64,000 nt of DNA, from positions 62,001 to 126,000 of the IMG/VR virus record IMGVR_UViG_3300027844_001828; one strand, given 5' to 3'. The position numbers were made by a program, and so were the translations under genes. The first letter of the stretch is position 1. Every line of letters starts with the position of its first letter. Below the pieces are notes generated by a model that was not told the DNA's origin, made no database searches, and saw only the letters and a list, made by a program, of their open reading frames with translations. This document shows, piece after piece, positions 10,718-21,221 of the stretch.

Positions 10718-10819
10718 TGACAATTCTTATGGTATAATATACTTATACTGGAGAACCGTGTTAATCCACCCAAAACGGCTAAGATTAACGCAAAAAAATC
10801 CCAACAAAGGAGAAACATA

Positions 10820-11650
10820 ATGAGTAACGAAAAAACAACCCCCGCAGCAAATGACGTAGGCTACGCAGACTGGGCCGATGTCGCCACCCCCAAGAATAAC
10901 AACAATTCCAATTCGGATGCTACGAGACTTGCTTACCTTACTATCAAAGAAGGTGAGCAGTCCAGAGTACGATTGATTGGACACCCGTATCCTTTTAAGA
11001 AGCACTACAAGCCGATCAGGGCAACTTCCCCCGGTTTGGAAGAAGATGTTTGCTGGCAGGCCGGTAACGTCCCAGGTGATAGATACATTATCCACGTCCT
11101 TGATAGGAACGATGATAATCAGATCAAGCTTCTCGAAGGTGGATCACTTCTTTTCGGAGTTTTCAAGAACTACTACACAATCACTGGCAATGAGCCCGGT
11201 GGTGCTGTAGCTCCTGACTTCGTTATTTCGAAAGAAGTTCCAATGAAGGATGGCAAGAAAGATTTCAGAAGTACGAAGTATCCGTGCATGAATCTTGAGG
11301 CTGTTGCCCTCACTGCCGAAGAGCAGACTTACATTGATGAGAACGCTCTTGATCTTAAGGAAAAGATCAAGCCGACCGATCCCGCGATCATCGCCGAAAT
11401 GTTCGAGGATTCAAAGACTCGTTCAAACGAAGATCCGATTCCGGGAACGAAGGAATGGTGGAGCGCAAGAAGAGAAAGACGTGTTGCACAGGGCGATGCC
11501 GCCCCAGCACCAGCATCAGATGGAGCGGGCTCAGGTCCGTCGATTCCAGGTGTAGACGCAGAAGGCTCCGCAGAGTCTGGAGAAAGCTTCCAGTCTATCT
11601 TCGACGAAGGTAGCAAAGAGAAATCGGAAGCTGGTTCTACCGCATATTAA
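10820..11650 (+). CDS. Phage single-stranded DNA-binding protein (gp32-like)
   Basis: YLTIKEGEQSRVRLIG, DRNDDNQIKLLE, low-complexity acidic tail ending in an aromatic residue, adjacent to recA. Confidence 0.7.
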   Translation: MSNEKTTPAANDVGYADWADVATPKNNNNSNSDATRLAYLTIKEGEQSRVRLIGHPYPFKKHYKPIRATSPGLEEDVCWQAGNVPGDRYIIHVLDRNDDNQIKLLEGGSLLFGVFKNYYTITGNEPGGAVAPDFVISKEVPMKDGKKDFRSTKYPCMNLEAVALTAEEQTYIDENALDLKEKIKPTDPAIIAEMFEDSKTRSNEDPIPGTKEWWSARRERRVAQGDAAPAPASDGAGSGPSIPGVDAEGSAESGESFQSIFDEGSKEKSEAGSTAY

Positions 11651-11677
11651 TCGGTAAGAAAATAATAGAATAGAGAA

Positions 11678-11712
11678 AACGCATGGGTCAATTGTGGCCC
11701 ATGCGTTGACTT
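11678..11712 (+). terminator. Intrinsic terminator-like hairpin
   Basis: AACGCATGGGTCA-attg-TGGCCCATGCGTT after the SSB gene. Confidence 0.6.
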
Positions 11713-11748
11713 TATCTAACATGTAAACACAATATTCGGAGAAGTATT

Positions 11749-12993
11749 ATGAGTAAAGAAATCATAGATGTAGTGGGCGAAGCGATTGCTCATTATGCAA
11801 AACTATCAAAGGCTGGGAAGAATCCGCTGGATGTCAATCGCGGAACCCCGGAACAGGCTAAAATGAGAAAGGGCTTGGCGGTCACAGATTTGTCAACACT
11901 TTCTGTTAATGTATCAAAGGCCGCAGAATTCACAGAAGTTGTTCCAACAGGGATAGAAGAGTTTGATATCGCATCAGGAATTGGTGGTGTGCCAAGAAAC
12001 GGGAAAACCATTGAGTTATTTGGTGTTGAAAGTGGTGGTAAGAGTTGGTTGGCTTACAAGATAATTGCAGCGTTCCAAAGAGAAGGTTTAATAGCGGGGC
12101 TTCTTGATTTAGAAGATTCGGCGTCGTTGCCTTGGCTCACTGGATTGGACGTTAATCCAGAACATTTGATCTATGAAAATGGATTCAGATCTGGAGAAAC
12201 TTGGATGCAATTGACGAATGACTTGTGCGCAGGCGGTTACTTAGACTTGTTAGTCGTAGACTCAACAGCCGCAGTTGTTCCAGAAGCGCAAATTAACGCT
12301 CCAGCGGGAAAGCAGAACGTCGCTCTTCTTGCCAGATTGTTATCTCAAGAAATCCCTAAAGTATGTGGTGCGGCGAAGTCCAAAGAAGGAAAGGGTGGAA
12401 AGGCAACTACTGTTATTTGGATAAATCAAGTTCGTGAAAAGCCAGGTGTCACATGGGGAAATCCCGAAGTCACCCCCGGTGGTAAGGCATTGAAGTTCTA
12501 TTCTGATATGAGAATAGACGTAAGAAAGAAGTCTATTACCAAGCAAAAAGTTGGTGAGGATGAAATTCCTATTGCGCAGATATCCAGTGGTCAATTTGTC
12601 AAGAATAAGTTGGCTCCGCCATATAGAAAGTTCTTGGTAAACATTAACTTTGATGCGACGTTGTCGAATCCACTTGTTATGCTTGTGCATCATTCGTATG
12701 AAAAGAAGTTGTTCGCAAAGTATAAAGGCGAATATAGATTCGTCCCAGAGGATAAGAAAGACAAGAATGTCCCAACAGGTGAGGACAATCTTGTCGATCT
12801 TGCTAATTGGGCATACGAGAATAGCAAAACATTTGAGCTTGTATCAAGAGTTACACAAGCGTATGAAGACGCTGTTGAAGATATCCCCACATTCTTGGGA
12901 GATATTGACGAAGGCGTATTACCACCACCGAGAGTCGGTGAAAACAATGCAGTTACTGAGGAAGAGGTAGCTGCTGAGGAAGAGGCGGCTTAA
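11749..12993 (+). CDS. recA: RecA-family recombinase
   Basis: ELFGVESGGKS (Walker A), LLVVDSTAA (Walker B), INQVREKPGVTWGNPEVTPGGKALKFYSDMRIDVR, VKNK. Confidence 0.95.
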   Translation: MSKEIIDVVGEAIAHYAKLSKAGKNPLDVNRGTPEQAKMRKGLAVTDLSTLSVNVSKAAEFTEVVPTGIEEFDIASGIGGVPRNGKTIELFGVESGGKSWLAYKIIAAFQREGLIAGLLDLEDSASLPWLTGLDVNPEHLIYENGFRSGETWMQLTNDLCAGGYLDLLVVDSTAAVVPEAQINAPAGKQNVALLARLLSQEIPKVCGAAKSKEGKGGKATTVIWINQVREKPGVTWGNPEVTPGGKALKFYSDMRIDVRKKSITKQKVGEDEIPIAQISSGQFVKNKLAPPYRKFLVNINFDATLSNPLVMLVHHSYEKKLFAKYKGEYRFVPEDKKDKNVPTGEDNLVDLANWAYENSKTFELVSRVTQAYEDAVEDIPTFLGDIDEGVLPPPRVGENNAVTEEEVAAEEEAA

Positions 12994-12995
12994 TT

Positions 12996-13721
12996 GTGAG
13001 CGCATCTGTATTAGAAGATATTGCTGAGGGTAGCCACGAGCTTTTGATTAATGGTCATTGCAAAAAATCAGTTTATGATTATTTGTTAGAAACTCGTGGG
13101 CTTACTCCAGACACTATTAAGAAATTCAAGATCGGTTATTGCAGTGAGGAATTTGAGAGGACAATAAACATGGATTTCTATGATGGAAGGTCTTCATCTC
13201 CAGTTTTCAAATTCCCACTCAATATCCGTTCCAGGGTTATCATGCCAATATATGATGATTGTGGTAAATTAGTTTCTGTAGCAACAAGACCAATAGGGCC
13301 GGGACTCCCGTGGTGGAATACTCCATTTACGAAGTCAGCGGTCCTTTTTGGGCTTAATATGGCAAGAGACGCAACTTTTAGTAAAAATAAAATTTATGTA
13401 GTGGAAGGTTATTTAGACTCTTTGACGTTATATCAAAATGGGTTGTATAATGTAGTCGCCACTATGGGAACCCGATTCACTCTTGCGCATATAGGATTAA
13501 TCTCGCGTTATTGCAGAAACGTTTGTTTCTGTTTTGACTCAGACCTTCCAAAAGAAAATCATAAGTTAGGAGCGGGGCAAATGGCCAGGCAAAGGGCAAT
13601 GAAATTGTCTTCTGGCTACTTTGATGATATTTCATCAATATTGTTGCCTTTGAAAAACGATCCTGACGATTTCGTTAAGAAAAATGGTCTTTCTAAGATG
13701 CTGTTGCTTGAGGAATCATAA
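12996..13721 (+). CDS. dnaG: DnaG-type primase catalytic core (no Zn-binding domain)
   Basis: YLLETRGL...FKIGY, RVIMPI, LFGL, VVEGYLD, CFDSD, DPDDF. Confidence 0.9.
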   Translation: MSASVLEDIAEGSHELLINGHCKKSVYDYLLETRGLTPDTIKKFKIGYCSEEFERTINMDFYDGRSSSPVFKFPLNIRSRVIMPIYDDCGKLVSVATRPIGPGLPWWNTPFTKSAVLFGLNMARDATFSKNKIYVVEGYLDSLTLYQNGLYNVVATMGTRFTLAHIGLISRYCRNVCFCFDSDLPKENHKLGAGQMARQRAMKLSSGYFDDISSILLPLKNDPDDFVKKNGLSKMLLLEES

Positions 13722-13734
13722 TTGTAGGGATGTA

Positions 13735-14505
13735 ATGAAAAAGAAAAAAGCAGGCAGAGTGAAGTTCGGAATTGATAGAGATATTGAAAACGAGCAAGTT
13801 CGAAAATATATAGAGACTGGAGATGAGTTGATCATTGAAGAAGTCTATAAGAAACGAATTCCCACCATTGATCACTTAGGAAGGATTAATTCTTGGATTA
13901 CAGAAGATGCGTCTTCAGAAGTGAACCTTGTTTTTGTCCGGTGTATTCAGTCATATGGCAGGAATGGCAAGACAACTGATTTCAATACATTTTTCTACTC
14001 AAGTGTTAAAAACCATTTCGCTAACCTGTTGAAGAAGAAATACAGGAAGAAGAGAACCACCTTTAGGGGTGATGATCCAAGCATGCAGACGGTATCATTG
14101 GATAGTCCATGCTACGGTGACGATGGTCATGATATAAACCTCCATGAAATCATCCCAGACAACGCTATTGAAGAGAATGACGTTATTACTGAATGCCTGT
14201 CTGAGATATCAGGAGGCAATGAGTCAATCGTTGATATCCTATTAGATTTTGTTGACCTAACCAAAAGGCAGATTGTCAGAAGAGAATTTATCTTTGACAG
14301 AACCTTCCCTTTAATTAGCGGAGACGCCCATGATGATATCGTTCTCGGAATGGGCGTTCCAGCAGAAACGTTTGAGGTTTTGACCTCAAAAGTTAAAAAT
14401 GACAAGGTCTTTTGCAAAATTAAAATAGTTCCCCAGGAATTCATTAGTCATATTAGAGAGAAGATTGAGAGCAACGATGAAGTTCTCCATACTATCAGAA
14501 GATAG
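13735..14505 (+). CDS. Phage RNA polymerase sigma factor (SigH-like region 2/3)
   Basis: FNTFFYSSVKNHFANLLKKKYRKKR resembles region 2.3-2.4 and VSLDSP...INLHEIIPD resembles region 3.2. No obvious region-4 HTH. Confidence 0.75.
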   Translation: MKKKKAGRVKFGIDRDIENEQVRKYIETGDELIIEEVYKKRIPTIDHLGRINSWITEDASSEVNLVFVRCIQSYGRNGKTTDFNTFFYSSVKNHFANLLKKKYRKKRTTFRGDDPSMQTVSLDSPCYGDDGHDINLHEIIPDNAIEENDVITECLSEISGGNESIVDILLDFVDLTKRQIVRREFIFDRTFPLISGDAHDDIVLGMGVPAETFEVLTSKVKNDKVFCKIKIVPQEFISHIREKIESNDEVLHTIRR

Positions 14506-14618
14506 ATCTAATTCCCACCTTGTTTTCGACTAAAAGGGTAATTCTCTATTCTTGTGGTACAATAAAGCTTAAGTCAATTATGCTTTAATAACACTGTATA
14601 TACACAAGGAGAAATAAT

Positions 14619-14948
14619 ATGTCTAATGAAAACACCGACGACGGAATTGTATTAAAGGTTAAGGCCGATGATCCAAATGCGACAGACGAAGAAAGGAAGA
14701 AAAAGTTAAAGTCATTAGCGGGCGCTATCGCTCACGGGCTGAGACAGGCTGGCGAAGTTAAGATTCGCTGTTTCGGAAACGCTACAATTGGCAAAGCTGC
14801 AAAAGCATGTGCTATTGCAAGAGGTATGGTCGCTGTACATGGTTATGACCTTTATATGACTTCATCATTTATTACAGCGGAGATGGGGGACATCACAAAA
14901 ACGGGGATATGTTTTACAGCATTCACAAACGAGAACAGGCCGGAATAA
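14619..14948 (+). CDS. spoVS: SpoVS family (Alba-like) nucleic-acid-binding protein
   Basis: LKV...SLAGAIA...FGNATIGKAAKACAIARGMVAVHGYDL...TGICF aligns with the SpoVS consensus. Confidence 0.9.
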   Translation: MSNENTDDGIVLKVKADDPNATDEERKKKLKSLAGAIAHGLRQAGEVKIRCFGNATIGKAAKACAIARGMVAVHGYDLYMTSSFITAEMGDITKTGICFTAFTNENRPE

Positions 14949-15283
14949 CACGATTAGCATCATTCGAAAAGAATGGTGACGCCGGTACTGATGATTTTTT
15001 ACAAATTCGCCAAGAAGCGGCTGTTCGCTTTATAGAAATTGCATTAACTGATGATTTTGTATTCAGGATTGCAGCTAACGGAAGAGTCAGAGAAGACTCT
15101 TCAGGCAATATTGAAGAGGGGAACAGGCTCGGATGGACGGTCGCCAAACCAAAAGGGATGAGTTTGAGCGATGTAACACTGGTCGCTGGAACAGCAAGCA
15201 TACCAGGGGTAAGTCACTCTATAGACCTTGTTTGTGACGATTTCGGTCTGAATTCACCGCATGCTTTTAAGAGGCTGTTCTAA
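14945..15283 (+). CDS. Hypothetical protein lacking a clear start codon
   Basis: The open frame (ITRLASFEK...) begins at the spoVS stop with no ATG or RBS. It may have lost its 5' end. Confidence 0.35.
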   Translation: MTRLASFEKNGDAGTDDFLQIRQEAAVRFIEIALTDDFVFRIAANGRVREDSSGNIEEGNRLGWTVAKPKGMSLSDVTLVAGTASIPGVSHSIDLVCDDFGLNSPHAFKRLF

Positions 15284-15286
15284 TAT

Positions 15287-16202
15287 TTGTTTAGTGGATC
15301 GAAGGAATTTATATCAAAAACAAATAAAGAAATATCCACATGCCAAATGGAACAATATAGAGATTCATGCTCTGTTCATGAAATCCCATTTGGTTATGAA
15401 AGACATTGTGAAGAGTGCGGATATTCATGGAGCCCGCAAAACTATGTGTCAAATCCAGATACGCTTTGGTGGGATGGATTTTTCCATAATGACGGGACAG
15501 TTCGCCAGTTCTTCTTCACTGAAGAAGTAAAGCGTGATGTTGCCAGCATTATCATGGGCGAGGAAAACACAGTCCCAGCGTTTGGATTTGCTTTTTACAA
15601 ATATAAGCATGATGTCAGATTGCGTGAGCCGGTTCGTAGAAGTCTTGAATATTTCAACAACCCCGCAAAATCGTTCGGTTCTTCTCTCAAAAATAAAGGC
15701 GGCTTAGGCGGCACGAAGGGAACATCTTGTGGAGGGATTACTAAGTCTCACTCTCAATATGAGGGGGGTGGATTTAGAATCATACAATCCCCCTGAAATG
15801 CTTTCTCGTGGGATGACCATTGGCGCGATGTCGGGAATTGGCGCTGCTGGCGCAGAGGATGAGTCTCTCGGTCTTGAGGCTACGGAGTATTCATGTGATT
15901 CCATACAGAGTATCGTAATGTCAGACGCAGCCCTCGACTGTGATCTTAGTGTTGACACAATACAGGCTGAGGCTTCAAGACAAAGGGAAGTTAAAAAGGA
16001 CGTTGCTGTTGGCGCGGGTGCTATTGATCAGAAGTTGACGGTTGATAATAGGCCACTTGATGAATATCACCAGGATGCGAAGGCGACCATGCGTATTTAC
16101 TTCGTTTTTGAGGATGAGTTAAAAAACTACATCCACAAGGGCGGAATTCATGAGCATGCGCAGGTCGCAGGCGGTTCACTCGCTGGAGTTCCAGTGGGTT
16201 AA
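15287..16202 (+). pseudogene. Frameshifted, probably 5'-truncated conserved phage protein (CxxH...CxxC, WxDGF...VRQF)
   Basis: ORFs 15287..15796 and 15729..16202 overlap by 68 nt in different frames and read as the N- and C-halves of one protein. Confidence 0.5.
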
Positions 16203-16219
16203 TTTGAGAAATATAAAAT

Positions 16220-16258
16220 GAAACAATGGGCGGCTAAACAGCCGCCCATTGTTGTTTA
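16220..16258 (+). terminator. Intrinsic terminator (possibly bidirectional)
   Basis: AACAATGGGCGGCT-aaac-AGCCGCCCATTGTT. Confidence 0.8.
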
Positions 16259-16263
16259 TGGAC

Positions 16264-16292
16264 TTGACATATGGTGGTTTCCCCTGTATAAT
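16264..16292 (+). promoter_or_regulatory. sigma70 consensus promoter
   Basis: TTGACA-17 nt-TATAAT, an exact consensus match. Confidence 0.85.
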
Positions 16293-16337
16293 ATACGATA
16301 TACTTTACTCTAATTTTAATTAATCAGGAATTTAGAC

Positions 16338-19300
16338 ATGAGCCACAAAATTGCCATCATAGCAGATTTACATCTAAATAATAATCAATACGGCAAGACA
16401 GTAGAAGGCAGTGGACTTTTACTAAAAACAGATGACGCTCTAAAAGCATTCAAGTTCACCATTGATGAAAGTATCAAAAGGAAGGTTGATCATTACGTAA
16501 TAGCCGGGGATTTATTTGAGCACCCGTCCCCAACAAGCAAGATCAGAAGGCTTGTCAACGCCGAATTGCAGCGTTTGATCGATAATAAGATACTTATTAC
16601 GGCTCTAATTGGTAATCATGACCTTTGCAACGAACACCACGCCCTTGAGCCCTTAGTGGGTTGGAACAAGGGGTTAAGGGTTGCTTCAGACTTCGGTGTT
16701 GAAAGAAAAGAGAAGGCCACATACGTCTATGTTCCCCACACCTTTGATATCGAAAAAAGAAAGAAGTCATTCAAAGACTACATTGCCAAATTAAAAGACA
16801 CGGTTCACCCAGAGCCCGGACATAGAATTGTCATGTTTGGCCATTTTCCCGTATTCGGAGCGTTACAAAACGATAGCGTTACAAATAAGAACGATAGGAA
16901 TGTGGCTATTGAAGAACTTATTGATCTAGATTATGATGCTATTTTCCTCGGCGATTTCCACAAGAGACAAAAACTTTCTGACTCTGGACAAATTTATTAT
17001 GTCGGAAGTCCAGAGAAAGTTGATTTCTCAGAGAGAAACCAAGACAAGGGATTTTGTATTTATGATGTAGTTACAAATGATATTGAATGGATCAATTATG
17101 AAGGTAGCCGACCGTTAATAGAAATAACTGGTGACAACGTTGATGAAATTGATCTTCAAATTGAAAACTTAGACCTCAATAACGCCATTGTGAAAATAAA
17201 AGTAACGGGATCTGACGAAGAGTTTGCTTATGTACAACAAAGATTTAATGAGTTATCTGGAAAGGTTTCAGAATCTGGCAGTGTATTCTTCGCCGGATTA
17301 GAAAGAGTACAGAATGAAGACGACGATGAAGACGACGAAGACAGTGAGTCTATCAAGGAGTTACATGCCGGATCAATAAACGTCTTCGACATTGTTCAGA
17401 AGAATATTGAGAGCGAAGATATTTCAGATGATGAAAAAGATAATCGCATATCAATCTTGAGACAGGTTGAAAAAGAAGTCGCTTCAGAATTGCAGTTGTC
17501 AACAGACGTTTCATTCAAAGACAAGCGAACGATAAAGTTTAAGAGTGTTAAGCTCCATAACTTTTGTAGGTTCGGAGAGAAGGACAACGTCGTCGATTTT
17601 GACAAGCTCTTTGAGGACGCAAACGGATCAAGCATGGCATCTATATCTGGCATCGTTGACGGGAACCCCTCTGAGTCAAATGGTTCTGGAAAGTCTACGA
17701 TATTAGAATCTATAGCATATGTTCTTTATGAAAGAATGCCGAGATTGTCGTTATTCAAAGACCCATCAAAGTCAAGAGATAAATCGAAGAAGACGACCTT
17801 TGAAATAATAAGGACAGACGATGCTGGAAAGTTTGCGTGTAAGGAAGCCTATGCCGAGTTGACTATGGAGGTCTCTGGAAGCGAGTGGGTGATTCGTCGT
17901 GGAAGAAAGGTTCAAAAGAATGACAAGCATACAGCAATTTTGGAACTCTCGAAAGATGGTGAGCCATACAATAGTAGAAAATCAAAAGACCCCAATGATG
18001 TGATCAAAGATTTGATCGGAGTTGATTATGAACCATTTTGCAACAGCGTGTTCTTTGCCCAAAAGGATACGAGTAAACTTTTCACAGCAACGCCTGGGGT
18101 AAGGATTGATACAATCTTGAATATTCTTGGCGTTCTTTCAGACATTACATCAGCAATAGAAAAGATTCGGGAGAGAAAGAAGACAGTCGCCGCCGAAATC
18201 TCGACTCTTTCAGGACGTGTTGATACCCTTAAAGAAATGTCAAGTCATGACGAAGATACGTTGGCGAGTAAAATATCCGAATTAGTCACAGAGACTGAAG
18301 AGTTTGACGAGAAGATAAAGAAGAACGATAAAAATACTGTAAAGATAAGGGGCTTGAAAGATAAGAAAGTCGCTCGCCGGGAAGAGATGAATTTATCATT
18401 GAAAGGATTAGATGATAAGATAGACTCGGTTGACGAGAAGGGTTCGGCAGAGTCTTTGAGCTTGAAATATGAGATATCCTCATGTGAAGATCAAGTGAAA
18501 GCTATTAATGAACGTGATAAAAGATTTTCTGATGATAAGGAAATACTCAGAGTTGAATACGAAAATTACTTGAAGATCAGAGATGGGATAAAAGAGCAGG
18601 ATCTTGAAGTTTCTCTTGAAAAAATTTCAGCTGCAAAATTAGAGAAGGTCGGATTATCCCAAAGCAAGTTTAAGTGTCAGGAAGAAATAGTTACCTTCGC
18701 CGGTAAAAGGGCACAGTATGAATCTGACGGATTACATGCAATGCAATCTCTTGAAAAATATAAGAGCGTGTTGAACACTGTTAAAGGGCAGGATGTCAAG
18801 TGCCCGCATTGTGGCTCAGTTCATGATAGGGATCACTACGATAAAGAGATAGATAATTTGAGAGAGAAGATCCGAGTTTCAGAAAGAGAAGCTGCGGAAG
18901 TGAAGGGTAAAAATAAGGAAAGCGAAAAAAGACTCGTTGGATTTGTAAAGACAGAAGAAGGATTGGATTTTGTTATTGACAGAGCGCCCCAAGTCGTTTC
19001 TCAATTGCAAAAGAGAAAAGATGCCGTCATTGGATTGGATGCTGTTGGTAAAAAGATCGTAGAATTGAAAAAAAGAATGGCGGAGCCCGTCTCTACTGAC
19101 ACCTTTGAGTCATTAGGTGAGCGCATGAAAGAGGCCAAGTCAAAACTTGAGGGGATACAGTTAAAGTACCACAAGATGAAAGAAGGATGGTTAAAAGAAA
19201 CCACCGTCTTGAATAGTGACATAAGAGCAATCAAGCATGACATTGTTATGATAGATGACAATGTGGTAATAAGTGAACAATTGAGTAAGACTCTCATGGG

Positions 19301-19916
19301 AAGACTCAGTGAGGCGGGGATAGAAAAAGCCAGATGGCAAGATTCATTGTCTACTCTCAGGAAATTAAAGAAGGATCTCAGTAAAGCCACAGATTCTCTT
19401 GAGGGGCATAGAAACGAACAGATAGGTATCCTTTATCTTGAGAGTTCATTTGGTAGTGATGGTGTCAAGATGGATATTGTTGATTACTATTTGCCCATCT
19501 TCAATAACCATATGGAAAATTTCATTACGATATTGACAGAGGGTAGAATAAATGTAAGTATAGATAGGGAGACTATGGAGCCTGTTATATTCGGTGCCAG
19601 TTCCTCATCGTATGAAATGCTTAGTGGCGGAGAGCAAGATGTAATCCGGTTAGCCGGTAATCTCGCTCTTGGTATGGTGTCTCTTGGTAGTAGCAGATCT
19701 CTTCCTGAGACTCTCTTCCTCGACGAGATATTTGGCGCTCTTGCGCCAGCGATGAAAGAGAGGGTGTTCAAGTTGATTGACCATCTCCGTTCATATTTTA
19801 ACAGGATTCTTGTAATCACTCATGACCTCGAATTGCAAACTAAATTCAGTCGCGGCATATATGTTCATAAAAATAACGGTATAAGCGCTGTATCATTATT
19901 AAATGACAATCATTAA
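16338..19916 (+). CDS. SbcD-SbcC (Mre11-Rad50) fusion nuclease/ATPase
   Basis: N-terminal ADLHL, AGDLF, GNHD, GHF, GDFH phosphoesterase motifs. Then LHNF, NGSGKST, coiled coil with a CPHC Zn-hook, LSGGE, LFLDE, ITHD. Confidence 0.93.
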   Translation: MSHKIAIIADLHLNNNQYGKTVEGSGLLLKTDDALKAFKFTIDESIKRKVDHYVIAGDLFEHPSPTSKIRRLVNAELQRLIDNKILITALIGNHDLCNEHHALEPLVGWNKGLRVASDFGVERKEKATYVYVPHTFDIEKRKKSFKDYIAKLKDTVHPEPGHRIVMFGHFPVFGALQNDSVTNKNDRNVAIEELIDLDYDAIFLGDFHKRQKLSDSGQIYYVGSPEKVDFSERNQDKGFCIYDVVTNDIEWINYEGSRPLIEITGDNVDEIDLQIENLDLNNAIVKIKVTGSDEEFAYVQQRFNELSGKVSESGSVFFAGLERVQNEDDDEDDEDSESIKELHAGSINVFDIVQKNIESEDISDDEKDNRISILRQVEKEVASELQLSTDVSFKDKRTIKFKSVKLHNFCRFGEKDNVVDFDKLFEDANGSSMASISGIVDGNPSESNGSGKSTILESIAYVLYERMPRLSLFKDPSKSRDKSKKTTFEIIRTDDAGKFACKEAYAELTMEVSGSEWVIRRGRKVQKNDKHTAILELSKDGEPYNSRKSKDPNDVIKDLIGVDYEPFCNSVFFAQKDTSKLFTATPGVRIDTILNILGVLSDITSAIEKIRERKKTVAAEISTLSGRVDTLKEMSSHDEDTLASKISELVTETEEFDEKIKKNDKNTVKIRGLKDKKVARREEMNLSLKGLDDKIDSVDEKGSAESLSLKYEISSCEDQVKAINERDKRFSDDKEILRVEYENYLKIRDGIKEQDLEVSLEKISAAKLEKVGLSQSKFKCQEEIVTFAGKRAQYESDGLHAMQSLEKYKSVLNTVKGQDVKCPHCGSVHDRDHYDKEIDNLREKIRVSEREAAEVKGKNKESEKRLVGFVKTEEGLDFVIDRAPQVVSQLQKRKDAVIGLDAVGKKIVELKKRMAEPVSTDTFESLGERMKEAKSKLEGIQLKYHKMKEGWLKETTVLNSDIRAIKHDIVMIDDNVVISEQLSKTLMGRLSEAGIEKARWQDSLSTLRKLKKDLSKATDSLEGHRNEQIGILYLESSFGSDGVKMDIVDYYLPIFNNHMENFITILTEGRINVSIDRETMEPVIFGASSSSYEMLSGGEQDVIRLAGNLALGMVSLGSSRSLPETLFLDEIFGALAPAMKERVFKLIDHLRSYFNRILVITHDLELQTKFSRGIYVHKNNGISAVSLLNDNH

Positions 19917-19929
19917 TCGGAGATAAATA

Positions 19930-20760
19930 ATGGCTTCAAATAAATCTAACAAAACTAAGAAGCGAAAAGAGAAGAAGCCTATAGCAAAAAGACCCATAAC
20001 TGGCGTCAATTCTGAGAAGGAGGCGAAGAAAAAGGATACTAAGGTCGTGAACTTGATCGATAAGCTTCAGGATATCTACAACTCTGTTGATCTTGAAACG
20101 ACTTGTGGTGGCCATTGTGTATGTTGCAATGTCGCATGTCCACAGATGAATTATTCAGAGTTCCTTGTCATATTGGACAACTTGTTCAATAGAGATGACA
20201 AGAGTTCTCGCATAGACATCATAACTAAAAGTATCAGATATTTCTTTTCAAACAGTCTTGTGAAGCCGTGCCCTCTTTTACAGGCTGGTAGATGCTCAGT
20301 GTATAAAGAGCGACCACTCTCATGTAGAATGTATGGTCAGTGGCCAGAAGACGTATATGAAGAACGTGTCCAGGGATTCATGAAGGCGACAGGACTCAAG
20401 AAGGAAGAAATCCCCTTGAATACTCAGTGCAAGTTTGTTAGAAGGCATGATGTCGTAAACGATTTGACGAAAGACATCATTGAAGGACTTTATGACGATC
20501 TTAATGATATAGACAAGTTAACTGGTAAGTTCAACGATAATCAAATCAAACAAAAACATAATCAAAGAACCTTCCACGATTGGTTGATGGTAACCATTTT
20601 TGGAGAGGAAAGATTGTCAGCGATGTCATCTTTCTATGTAGCGGCTGAAGATGCGTTAACGGTTCTCGACTTCGTTGATCAACTTGTTAATCAGGTTGAG
20701 GAAACTGGAGACGATATATTTAGGAGGATAACAGGTGGAACCGATAGAACAACAGAATGA
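19930..20760 (+). CDS. YkgJ/CxxCxxCC family Fe-S/Zn cluster protein
   Basis: CGGHCVCC...CPLL...CSVYKERPLSCRMYG. Confidence 0.85.
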   Translation: MASNKSNKTKKRKEKKPIAKRPITGVNSEKEAKKKDTKVVNLIDKLQDIYNSVDLETTCGGHCVCCNVACPQMNYSEFLVILDNLFNRDDKSSRIDIITKSIRYFFSNSLVKPCPLLQAGRCSVYKERPLSCRMYGQWPEDVYEERVQGFMKATGLKKEEIPLNTQCKFVRRHDVVNDLTKDIIEGLYDDLNDIDKLTGKFNDNQIKQKHNQRTFHDWLMVTIFGEERLSAMSSFYVAAEDALTVLDFVDQLVNQVEETGDDIFRRITGGTDRTTE

Positions 20761-20980
20761 AAACGAATCAATAGTGGTGACAGTTCAGTCTGCGCATTAT
20801 AATGATATGGACAAATGCATAAAGTTTCACATGCTTCTTGACAGTGGTCATGTGGTTGGTGGTGAGTGGCCAATAACAATGTTTCGATTCGAGCCAGGAA
20901 TGGATATCGATGAAGAAATGAGAAAAACTGCAAGACTTATGCCTGGGAAAAAGTTAGAATATGTCTACAAACCAAAATAA
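20735..20980 (+). CDS. Hypothetical protein
   Basis: GTG start with a GGAGG RBS, overlapping its neighbours. Confidence 0.5.
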   Translation: MEPIEQQNENESIVVTVQSAHYNDMDKCIKFHMLLDSGHVVGGEWPITMFRFEPGMDIDEEMRKTARLMPGKKLEYVYKPK

Positions 20981-21221
20981 GGTCTTAGTGCCAGAATTTA
21001 AGATATATAGTGGTGAAACAACAATAGACGATTGCTCTATAGCTGGCCAAAGGATGAGAAATGAGAATGGTCTGTGTTCAATCGCGGATTGTAAAAAGCC
21101 TCTTGGGGATGCGCCCAAAAACTTTTGGTTGTTAGGGAAAGTATGTCCGGGCTGCACTGCCAGAGTTGATGCGTCATTAAAAGAGATCAGGAGAGATTGT
21201 ATTGAAGACTATAGACGATGA
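20961..21221 (+). CDS. Small Cys-rich (Zn-finger-like) protein
   Basis: CSIADC...CPGC. Confidence 0.5.
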   Translation: MSTNQNKVLVPEFKIYSGETTIDDCSIAGQRMRNENGLCSIADCKKPLGDAPKNFWLLGKVCPGCTARVDASLKEIRRDCIEDYRR

